Assembly (NCBI GenBank): GCA_040357565.1
Contig: JBDODJ010000058.1
From: Cercozoa sp. M6MM
Lineage: Eukaryota; Protista; Endomyxa: Ascetosporea
Strand: one strand, 5' to 3'
Length of the DNA: 64,000 nucleotides
Of the stretch, positions 52,738 through 64,000 are shown one piece after another. Each line of letters opens with the position of its first letter. The stretch's first letter is position 1. Under the pieces are notes generated by a model. It searched no databases. It saw only the letters and a program-made list of their open reading frames with translations, and was not told the DNA's origin. The translations under genes were made by a program, and so were the position numbers.

Positions 52738-54691
52738 ATGCCTGTACTGTCCAAGTATATTAGATGCGACATCTGGGTACCATGCCTGTCTGCCCTTATG
52801 TACAGAGATGCACGCCGGCTTGTTGACAAGTTTCGAGGCACGAAGTCATGGATGTCCCTTGTAGCTTTTACAAGCTGTCTTCTGTTTGTTCTCTGTGGCC
52901 CGTGTATGTGTTTAATCCCTCAGAACTATGCGGCAGAGACAAACAGGAACGAGTGGGGAAGACACTGGCGACAGCTGCAACACCGCCATGGTATCTTCAG
53001 AGTTGAATCGTGGACGTATTATACTTCTGGATTTGCACTTGCTCAGGAGTGGGCGCCGGCGTGCAGTTGCTAAGCGCTTGTGTGCAGTTGCTGCGACAGA
53101 CACACCTTATCGAGGAACCTACCGGTGTGTTTAGCCTATGCTTGCAGTTTTGCCCGAAGGTAGGTGCGCTTCAGGCAACGGTGACGACCCGTTTGTGCAA
53201 CCGGCGCTCCCGCTTCGCAGCTACACGAAAACAACTTCTTTTTTCAAAGACGTCGGTGCCGATTTTGCCAGTGTGTCTCATTTTTACGTTATGTCGAAAG
53301 AGATTATCTGTCTTGTGTGCACCTATGCGTGGGTGCGCAGACACTCCATCGACTTCCTTTGTGGCTCGGTTGACGCGTCGCTGCGAATTGTTGTTTCTCC
53401 GTGTGGTGTGCAATGTCGTGCGAGGCGATATACACGCGCGTAGCTTGCTCGTTGTTACTTTTTTGTTATATTGTGTGTATCTGATAATTTTTGTAGTACA
53501 AACGGCGGACGTTGTGCGTTTCGTGCGTGACGACGCCGACGACGATTTCGATCTCGCTGGACGCCGGCGACGCCATGTCAATGTAGAACAGCGTGGTGTG
53601 TGTGTGTGTGTGTGTGTGTGTGATGCAAGGAGATATGCGCAGGAAGAGTCGCAGTTACCCCCGACTTCAGCACATTTTGTGCGAGCGTCCTTTCTTGTAT
53701 GAATTTTCATTTTGACGCCGTGTGCTTCTCGGTATGTTATGACTTTGATTGTGCAGGACGAGAGCACATGGCAACGACTGGACTACTGTGCTGATGCTGC
53801 GATTCTCCTACGACGTGCATATCTTGTACTGAATTTCCTCTGGATCGCGTTTTGTTATGCAAACAGGAGTGATAAAACGCGCATTTTCAGCAACATGAGT
53901 GTCAAACTGAGCGTCAAAGAAAACGTCTGTCAGACGCGACGGCGATTTTTGCTCCGCAATTCTGTCACGACGACACCGATCAAGAGGTTTCCTCAAACCG
54001 CTTTAAAGTCGTTTATCACGTTGTACTTGCGATGTGCTCAGCTCTCGGACAAACTGTCTCAATTTGCTGCATCAGGTACTTTCTCTGAGGGTTATGATGT
54101 GCGCAGCACATCTGCTACTGATGCCTGCTTATTGGCAACTTAGGTTCGAGATTGTGGACTGCGGAATTCGCACTGTTGGTAAAAGACGGTTGATGACTAG
54201 TGCGTGTTTGATTAGGTTATGCAAACTGACGGCAGGTCAAGCACCTGCATGAGAGAGTATCACAGCGCGTGTTTCGCTTCGTTTCGCAGCACGGACGATT
54301 TACGCAGTTTCTGCACGCATTGCGAGATGGTGTTCTCTTGCATCGAGTACCTTAGTCCCTTTACTTTGTGTTTCTCTAGTAAGGCGTGCTGCGTGTGTAG
54401 GAAAATGTGGCAGAGAAAGTTACGCAATGGTTGGCGCGGGCGCCGTTGCAACGTTACAGTGGAAGCGACAACAGTGACAACACCTCCACGAACTATGACC
54501 AAACACAAAAAACCCTCGACGGTGTCGCCGACACTATTTGGAGAAGAGTGGTGTGTGTACATGATATCATGGTACACAACACAATTGTAAAGTACGTAGG
54601 TCGACGATGTGATGGAAGAAAGTAATAGCGTTAGACAAAGAGATTCATACGATGAACCTGAGGTAACACCACACGCATACACACGCACGCA

Positions 54692-54748
<57 letters not shown>

Positions 54749-55127
54749 CAACACCGCGTATCCTCGGCGTAGAGTTTACGCCAGTGTCTTGATTTCGTTC
54801 ATTTTGAACTCCGCGCGGTTTGTGTTGGTACACTCTGACACGTGTCTCAAGATTGACTCTGTCACAAGCAACGGTGCAACATGTAGACAAAAAAGAAAGC
54901 GACTCATTTGGAGAAATCGGGGGGCCCAGCCACCAACAACAGCAGCAGGGCAGCAAATCTATCTCGCCTCTCGACCTATCGCTCACTCCTACGGTATTTA
55001 CTTAAACTGCATCTTGTGCGATCAGGCCTCTAGTATCATGTGTAGGACACGGAAGGGGTAGCTGTCTGCGCTATGCTTTCACTCCAGCGACGGTTTCTTG
55101 TTACTTCAACTGTGACTGCGCGCGCGC

Positions 55128-55161
<34 letters not shown>

Positions 55162-56283
55162 ATTTCCTTGTATTTAGAGCTTTATCACCGCCCCTTCGCC
55201 GGCTTTTGGATGCTCGAGCAAATGCCGTTCTCAGGTACTCTCGCCTTAGTTTAACTCTCAGTGTGCTTGCATTGAGCGCAGAGTCTTGTCGCAGTTTATC
55301 CTCTCGCTTCGACTAGGTATCGAGTGCCTGGTTGGCTTGTATACAGGTTTCTCTGCATGTATCTGATAGCGACACACACGCTGACGCAACGTTGGCTCCA
55401 CTTGCGCCGAACGAATTATCTTCCTGTGCTTTGGGTTGTCTTTAAGTCGATCAACAAGGGTGGTGAAATTTTTGTTGTGCTTGTACCAGGCGCACCAACA
55501 AAGTGTGGTTGTAGCGACGTTGCGCGCCGCCACGCAGCGGCTGCTTCACTTCATTCATCAAGTACGCATGGATGAGTGGTATATCTGTAATTCAGTGCAT
55601 CTTTTTGTTTGAATGAAGGACGTTGCGTCGGAGGCATTGACCGCCTTTGTCGACGCCGCAAATACCGCGAGTGACTGGATCCACGTTCAAGTTGCGGTAT
55701 GTTTCACGTACTTCATCAGCTAAAGCATCATAACTATGCTTTGTGTTTCTAGTTTCGAAAGTGCATCGGTCGTGTCGCTGCTCGGAGCTTTGTCTTTCGT
55801 GGAAGGTGCTTGTTGTCTGCCATGTATGCAAAAGCCGCGTCACTGTGATTCTGTAGATGGAGAAAGGCACTTGGTCGTCTCGTGCGTTTGTCTCTCCGTG
55901 TTGGCAGCACTGATACCGGGAACTGCGAATACCAGCGCCTTCAGGTAGTGCAGTGCATTGAACAGTTGCGACTCTTTCTGCTGCGGCAACTGCGCGATGG
56001 TATCTTCGTTTGAGACGTGCATTCGGTAATATCGGGTGTGCTTTTTGGTTCAAGGATCGGGTGCGGTTGACGATCGGCCGCATGCACGCATGCTTGCTGT
56101 CTTGGCCGATGATTTACGCTTTGGGTATAGCGCGAAAGTATCTGTTCTCTTGCTGTCGTTGATGTAGTGTATGCACACAGAGGCACGCAGCAAAATGAGT
56201 CATCGGGTTTGAGTGATTCAAGTCCCGGGTTAGAGCGCGGACATTCTCCATATTATCAGTTGCAACAACACGCCGACTTGTGA
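52738..56283 (+). CDS. Unidentified multi-exon protein
   Basis: Chain of GT-AG-bounded open exons, e.g. GVQLLSACVQLLRQTHLIEEPT and VKHLHERVSQRVFRF...LLHR|ENVAEKVTQWLAR. No family recognised; ends approximate. Confidence 0.5.
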
Positions 56284-56700
56284 ACAGATCTTGATGCCGA
56301 GCATCTAAAAGTCAATGTTGGTGCGATTCGATAATTTGAACCTGAACTGCCGCCCCTCCCGACGGTACTGTCCTGCGTGTCAGCTACTGTACGGCCGCGG
56401 GCAGTATTTAGAGAGCTGTTCCAGACTGACTCAGATTATGCAGTCTCCGCGGGGATGAACCCAGACAGACCAGTCGATCTCCTATCATAGGCTTTCAGAC
56501 AGGTCCAGTCGCAGCTCTGAGCCACAAACTCTTAAAGCTGGTCAGTTGCTCTGCAGTTTGTACTGATATCCACCTCTACAAGTAAGCATTGGTTGCTGTA
56601 GAGAGAAGGTTTTTTTAATCTTCTCACGATTTTCCCCATGATGGAAGATTCCGTCTACAACTCCGTCTAGTTTGACGTAAGAACCCAGTTGGGGTAATCG

Positions 56701-56808
56701 TGTTACTGCGGCTCAATGGCCCACCCTGTCTCAAACTTGTTTGAGACATAGATTATGACCTCCACGCGGACGGGTCAGAGCAATGACTACCGAAAATGTG
56801 CAGTAACA
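56701..56808. mobile_element. 108-bp miniature element with 9-bp terminal inverted repeats and 4-bp target-site duplication
   Basis: atcg|tgttactgc ... gcagtaaca|atcg; internal perfect inverted repeat tgtctcaaac-tt-gtttgagaca. Confidence 0.72.
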
Positions 56809-57025
56809 ATCGAATTCTTCACTTCGCTTCTACAAACTGAAATCATTGATTCCGTTCCCTCGCTTCGTCTGAGTCGTTGTCTTCACTAAAAGTGACAATC
56901 TCACAATCAACAGTTTAGTTCTTCGTTCATATCTACGCTACGCAAACCTTTAGGTCAAGTCACGTCATCCGGTCTCACGGCTCCAGGGCGAGTACCAGTA
57001 CCAGTACCAACCAACGACGTCCGCA

Positions 57026-57434
57026 TCAACGCAGCCAGTTGCGACAGTTATTTGCGCCACAACCGCACCTGACTTCGTGTCTACGAATGAATATGAAGCT
57101 GCAAAGAAAACGGAGTTATGGGCGAAAAAAATCAACGTACTGCACGGGGTAGTTGTACGACACGGTGAGTTCTTCACCTCGCATAATGTCCCTCCTATTC
57201 GAAAGCCAGGTATGACAACAAGGAGGAGAAAAAAGCCAAATTTACAACGCAAAGTAGGCCACATGCACGCGTGAGCACACCTGTTCCTCTTCCTGGTCGT
57301 CTTCGTCCTCGACAGGCTATGAGGAGTGCAGTAGGCTCAACGATCACAGATTTTTTAAATACCTGCACGAACTGGAAGTAGACGACACGACAATTTGGTG
57401 AACAGCTGTGGTTTACCATGCGAACGACTCCACC

Positions 57435-57483
<49 letters not shown>

Positions 57484-57493
57484 NNNNNNNNNN

Positions 57494-57541
<48 letters not shown>

Positions 57542-60042
57542 CAACACACACACACACATCACTCAGGTTCGTGATAGCATTCACAGACACACACGTGAAA
57601 TACCATGCCGAAGTGCACACAACACATCCATTCCGCCCTCATTTTGGTCCTACAAACCGCGAGTCAATCACCCCAAAAAATTGCAAACATGATGCATACC
57701 ACTGCAGGCGTAATCCATTGGTACTCGCGCTCCTGGGCACTCTGGTTCTTTGCCCTCTGCGCGTACACACACACACATACACAGACAACACAGACAATAC
57801 ACAACACAGACACAGACACAAACACCACACAGACGACATAAAAGGGAAACAGATGACAAAGGCGATGTAGCGACATCCACCAAACATACCTCAGAGTCGG
57901 CGAGAAAACGATCGCCATGGTACAAGCCCAACAACGCACCTTGCTTCTACACAGACACACGCATGCCGACACATAGCCGGCACGCTGGCACAAAGAGATT
58001 CTGAGAAAGTGAGTTACGAGTGCACGCAATGTCCGCAGTCCGTAGCCACATTGGTTTGCGTTGATAATCTACCTCACAGGCATCAAAGCAAACAAACAGC
58101 AGAGAAATCGAGGAACCTCTAGCTTGTAGCTATCGCACAGTTTCGGACAGTGGTAACATTTGGGCCTACAGGCAAGTCAGCAGTGGAAGTACACAGTGCG
58201 AATAAAACTGGGAAATACACGCGCAACTGCAGCACTTTCTGCTGCGACAGATCACCGCTCAGTTGGTTTGGCCCAGAGAAGCGCAGTTCTGTTGCTGCAC
58301 CAGCATGAAAACAAACATCGAGTCAGGTTATGCCAGCTGAGACAACACCATTAGAGGCAAAGTTGTCGCTATCGCGTTTGCAGTGCTCGCACTTGTCGGC
58401 GGCAACAGTGACTGGCAGCGAGACTTCAAGCTCCCAATCGTAGACGTCATTGCCAACTGTCCGGAGATAAGACACTTTGAAATCAATGCCACAAAAGCAA
58501 CACGCTTGAATCGAAACAAACCATCTGGGGCAACGCTGATATTGTTGCGTTTGAGCACGTCGCGACGCCGATTTGCACATTTGCTGCACACCATAAGAGC
58601 AAAAAATAAACGGCACGCTTTGAGACGAGGGATGACTCAAGAAACGGGCAAGTGACGCGCACGGTGTCAAAGAGACCGTTGCTTTCCGCCGCTGTTTCAT
58701 CTATTCACACATGCAAACTACCACGACACAGGCACAAAGAAATGAAACAACAGCACAGACAAACCTGTGAGTTTGACTTCTTCAAGCAGACAAGCGTCGC
58801 ACTTGCCGTGCATACAACAAAGAGACTGCCAGTTCTCGCCGTCTTTCTACAACACGCAATCAGATTAAAAAGTGTACTCTTGTCCTCTGCTTTTTTCGAA
58901 ATGCGACAGTACCAAACTATGACGGTTGGTACGCAGAAATTGAGGAAGAAACGAGCGCACTCGAACCACCGAGCCAGTGCATGGGATTATCCGGCGACGC
59001 TCTGTGCTCTGTTTAATTAAATGTACGTGCCGGTGACACAAACTGCAGTGCAGAAAAAAGGGGAAAATACATTCGAATTAGAATGTCCACACTTGAGACA
59101 CATTAGACGCTACACCAGGATTTGGATAATGACCACGAAGCGCATGGTTCAGGCTTAACGTACCTGTGACTCCGCCTCGAGCTGCTGTCGTCGCTTCCGT
59201 TGTTCCTCCTCTTTTAACGAAAGCGCCAGTGCCTTTTTGCCAGCGCAGACGCAACCACATTCCAAAGACACATGCACGCAAACAATGCTGTCTGGAATGT
59301 ATGTTACCCGGCGAATTTGTTCTTCGTGTACGGCATTCTCAACTACACGCAGCTGCAGTGAAACCAGACGGACAAAAAAGCCGCTGAATTGTTGTACCAG
59401 AAAACGAAGCAGTGCGCTTCACACGTCTGCCACGCGATGATACTCTCGGCAGAGCAACACTTTAGGACACACGAAGATTAAGTTCAGCTCCACCACGCGT
59501 CCTTCGGTACCTATATCGCTCAGCGTCCGGGACAAAGCGCAAGTCACGACTCGGTTTTGTGAAGATTTCATCTGAACCGCTATTGCCGGTGCTGCTTGTA
59601 GCTGTGCTCCCATCGGTGTTAACTTCCACAGTGCGCCTGCTTGATATGCTCGGATTGAGGTATCAGGAAATGCAACAACTCTACCGTGTCTGCTGACGTC
59701 GTCGTTTGCGCCGTTCACCTCGTGCCACTGCAGCAGCTTCTTCTGCATCCACTTTCTCACCGAGCGATATCTACCACCGCGCAGGATGTGGAATCGCACA
59801 CATACAAACACGAACTGAAACTATTACCCTCAACGCCAACCGCAAGGCAGCCTCCGTTTCGCGCGTTTCAGTTTCAAAGACGTGCCGACGGCGTCGCGTG
59901 CGCGTCGAACGACGCGGCTACACGTTTAAACAACAGAACAAATTTATCTGGGCTAAGGAACAAAATGAAAGAGTCGAGAAAAACGGACCATCTTTTGTTC
60001 CACATCCACACGGGCACAAAACTCTTCATCTGTGTCACTCAT
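57026..60042 (-). CDS. SET-domain lysine methyltransferase with C-terminal SET and post-SET, multi-exon
   Basis: CGYGLRTL, LLGLYHG, RMVNHSCSPNC, RDIMRGEELTVSY, post-SET CGCGANNCRNWLR*. Start MSDTDEEF tentative. Confidence 0.82.
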
Positions 60043-60310
60043 TCGCTAGAACGTATTTGATTCTGCGCTAAAAGCAGGCTAGCTTCAACACAAGACGGCG
60101 CTTACAGTACCGATTCTTTCTTTATTATTTTGATACTGGACTGTACAGTTGACCAATCAAAGAATCTGATTGAGAGTCGGCGATTGCCTTACTGCAAAGA
60201 AATCCACTGTGTGCAGCGGTGTGTGTTCACTTAAGCAGACGTCTCAGCAGCGCGTGCAGCTTTTTTCAGCTGCACTTGCTTTTCTGCTTCTGAGCAACAG
60301 GAGTGCCGTT

Positions 60311-63300
60311 ATGGGTGTCTCACGTGTGGGCTTGCGCGCCTTGGTGTCTTTTGAGTCAGTCTTGAGGGCGTTTATCCTTGCGTTGTACCCTTATCTTGCC
60401 AATTTTGTTTGAACGATAGTTGCTGGGTTATGTGCTGTGGGTAGGGTATGCGTGCTCGCCTTTTCCTTGCGCCTGTTCTCGGTACTTAGCTTGCGCCTGC
60501 GCTTATCATGTCTGTGCACGTGTTTCTTTCACAGGTGCTGCGCTTTGAAAGCATGATTCACGAGTTCGATCCGTGGTTCAACTTTCGTGCAACCAAGGTA
60601 TCTCTAAGTTTGGTGTACTCGCTGCAAACATCATCACCCGGCGTAGTACTTGTCGGAAGCGGGTCCGCATGCTTTCTGGAACTGGTTTGATGCAAGTACA
60701 TGGTATCCGCTCGGCCGGTACCACTGTCATTACCTCTTGTCTATACACACACACGCGCACGCGTGCGCGCGCGCGTGCGCGTAGCGTAGCATACATCGCA
60801 CATTCAAACAGATGGGTCGGTGATACCGTGTATCCGGGACTCATGATGACGGCTGCCTTCATGCACTATGTCGCCAATCAGGTTGATCCTCTACGCTTTA
60901 TGTCTTTGTATGTGTGTTTTTGTGCAGGATTATGCCTTGTCATGTAGATTTTGAACCTGACGGTCGATATTCGTGAAGTGTGCGTATTCACGGCGCCAAT
61001 TTTCGCCGCGTTGTCATCGCTCGCAGTCTATGGCCTTACCAAGCAAGTAGACTGTCTCTCGTGCAATTTGAGTATTGTGCGCTACTTGCTGATTGACAGG
61101 TTTGGAACGCGCGTGCTGGCTTGTTTGCCGCCTTGTTCGTTTCCTTGGTACACTGCACATCACTATGCACAGAGCTTTTTGCATTGTGTATTGTTCCCAC
61201 GCATAGGTTCCGGGCTACGTGTCACGTAGTGTTGCAGGCAGCTATGATAACGAGGTACCTCTTGCTGATTCACAGTGTCTGTTTACTTACGTCGCGGCAG
61301 GCTGTCGCGATTTTCGCTCTCGTTTTCTGTTTCTACCTGTGGTGCAAGGTATCTTTCTGACTCATTAAACCTATGCACACATTACAGATGGATACGTAGG
61401 CTCTCAACACGGGCTCACTGTTTTGGAGCGGCGCTACAGCTCTAGGTAGCAAATGATGACGAATTGTTCCGCTAAGAGTGCATTGTCGCAGGATACCTGT
61501 ACATGGTGGCATCGTGGGGAGGCTATGTCTTCATCATCGGTCTTTTGCCTGCGCACGTTCTCGCTCTCATGGTACGTTTCAAAACGTCATGCGAATACGT
61601 TTTGTATCTGCCTATGCTTTGGAATGGCGCTCGGCGCGCAGCTTGCGGGCAGGTTCACAGACCGCGTTTACGTCGCATACTCCGTGTTTTATGCGGTTGG
61701 CACTCTCTTGTCCATGCAGATTCGGTGTGTTGTAACTCCTCACCCCTCTATGTGTTTGTTTTATGTGCGTGTCTGTAGGTTTGTTTCGTTCCAACCGCTG
61801 CAGTCGACTGAGCACCTGCCCGCCCTTGGCGTGTTTTGCCTCTGTCAGGTACCGGAGCTACGGAGATACAGGCCACTTTTGTTTCCTGCTGTATTGTCAT
61901 GTGTTTTGCTTCTTTTCCAACGATTTTTCTATTGGTTTGAAAAAATCTATCGGTTTTGATTACGATTGCCGAGTCAATCTCATGTCTCGAATAGGCACAC
62001 AAACTCGTGTCGGCGTTGCGCAGTGTTACGCCGAAGAAGCGTCACTCTCAAGTACTGGGATCGTCTTTTATTTTAACTCAGTTTCTGATGTGTTGTTTGC
62101 GCGTAGGTTTCACGGCTCGTTGCCTTCCTCGCGATCGCCGCATTCGCCGCACTCCTTCTTTTGGGTACGTGGTTCGAGATAGATCTGATCTGTGCTAAGA
62201 TTGTTTATGTGTACATAGCCGTATCGGGTGCGATACCAATGTTGACAGCGCGACTCCTCGAGCTCATCGTACTTCCTTTCTTTTTTCATTTTCTCTGAAC
62301 GTGATCGCGCGCATGTGCGTAATTGCGAAGGGCCCGATCGCAGAGAACATGGCTATTGTGAAGTCCGTGAGTGAGCATCAGCCGACTTCGTGGGGGTTGG
62401 TTGTTTGTGTTCCCTTTCCGTGGAGTGTTATACGTGAACATGCAGCACGTTTTTCTTTGACACCCACTGCCTCATGTTTTTGGCTCCTGTTGGTATTTTA
62501 CGTTCTATGCATCTTGGTGTGATGCATCTGGTGTGATTTTAATACAGGCTTGTTCTTCTGCTTGCTGCGCGGCTTCTCTGACACGGCACGTCTCGTTTTT
62601 GCCGTTCTGTGCTACGATAATGACGGACTATGACATAGGCACTGTTTGCTGCGATGTACGCGCTGTTTGCCACCTACTTCTCCGGTCGGTTTTGTATTTT
62701 GTCCGCCTTGTGAGTGTGCTGTGTGTGTGTCACTGTTCTGTCATTGACGTTTGTACTGTGTATCCGTTGTGTCTGTAGGCATCATGATTCGAATCGTGTT
62801 GGTGTTGTCGCCTGCGCTGTGTGTCCTTGGTATGTGATACGATGCGGCTGGCCGTTGTGATACGCTGCACTACTTTGTTGCGACAGGCGGCATCGCTTGC
62901 AGCGAGTTGGTCAGTGCCTACGCTGGTACGTGTTTTGCACGTCTCGTATGTCGCTTGATATATCGCTTGATATATCGCTTGATATATCTTCGGGCAGGAG
63001 ATGTGGTCTTCCGTGCGCGTTCGCTCTGGCAGCGCGTCCAGGGACTTTCCGTTCTGGGTACCGCATTCCTTTATGGGAACGCATTCCTGTTGCGCTCGGT
63101 GTACGAAGTAGTTCGTGTTCGTTTGCACTCTTGATGTTGCCGTAGGCGTGATTGCACTTCTTGGTGCTTTTTTCACTGTGCACTGCAGTTGGGTATGGAT
63201 TCTTTGCGCCCCACAAGTTGTTCTCAGAGACACTTTGTGTAGGTGACGTCGATGGCCTACTCTTCACCGAGTATCGTCCTTCAATCCACCAATCCTGATG

Positions 63301-64000
63301 GCAGCAAGGTAGGGCTCCATAATTCTGATGTGATGGAGGATGATTGGCTGTAGAGGATATTTGACGACTTCCGCGAGGCATACCAGTGGCTTTCGCACAA
63401 CACGCCGGAGGATGCCAAGGTAGTTTCCCTCGTGTTCATCCGTATACCAGTATGTCCGTTGATGTCTCTGGCCACAGGTGATGTCGTGGTGGGACTACGG
63501 ATATCAAATTACTGGTGTGTCTTTGGTTCTCATTTTCAAATCTGTGCATTATCTTGGATGTCACATTACAGGCATGGCGGAGCGCAGCACCATAGTCGAC
63601 AACAACACGCGTAACAACACGCACATCGCTACGGTTGGTACCGTCGCTTGTATCACTGTGTCTGTTTTGTTCTGAGATGTGTATGTGTGCAGGCCTAGCG
63701 ATGGCGAGTACGGAGGAGATGGCGTACCCAATCATGCAGAAGTTGGGTGCTAATTACGTCCTCGTCGTCTTCGGTGGCATGCTAGGCTACTCGAGCGATG
63801 ATATCAACAAGTACAATTTCCTCCGATTCATGTTTACTCATCATCTATGAAATTCGGTTTGTGTGCAGATTCCTGTGGATGGTCCGCATCTCGGGTGGTG
63901 TTTTCCCTCGCATCGTCGAGCGTGACTTCTACGCTGACCCGTATTATGATTCTGAGTGAGGCCAACCTGCACAACAGCCTCTGACTTTTTGTTTCGCAGG
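60311..64000 (+). CDS. STT3: Oligosaccharyltransferase catalytic subunit STT3, about 30 exons in window, continues beyond it
   Basis: [88 protein letters not shown]|FLWMVRI. Confidence 0.98.

Noticed and set aside
54236-54345. PHD-like CMREYHSAC...CTHC
   Set aside because: The splice-consistent frame reads VKHLHERVSQ...LLHR; the Cys pattern is out of frame and incomplete.

Overview
Eukaryotic nuclear DNA from a gene-dense, extremely intron-rich protist. A CEP120 homologue suggests the lineage has centrioles; the taxon cannot be fixed from sequence alone. The supplied ORF track is mostly noise from (CA/GT)n repeats, so genes were reconstructed by hand across short GT-AG introns (typically 45-70 nt, donor often GTAC). 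About 16 protein genes lie on almost perfectly alternating strands: RAB3GAP1 (3' part), an unidentified large protein, a divergent presenilin with a zinc finger, an acidic MGC-type lipidated protein, 5-oxoprolinase, OST48, alanyl-tRNA synthetase, a bacterial-type DUF1697 gene with introns, CEP120, TIP41, PRCC, a TM-ACBP-ankyrin protein, an importin-alpha-like ARM protein, a second unidentified protein, a SET methyltransferase, and STT3 (5' part). Head-to-head spacers are short and free of recognisable mobile DNA. Nearly every tail-to-tail spacer holds relics of a LINE family with a hairpin plus (AACT)n tail, or of a small TGTTAC...GTAACA element. N gaps fall mostly inside microsatellites, and at least one hides exons. 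No tRNA, rRNA or CRISPR array was seen. Multi-exon coordinates are outer bounds from manual reconstruction, not RNA evidence, and all family calls are from remembered motifs, not database searches.
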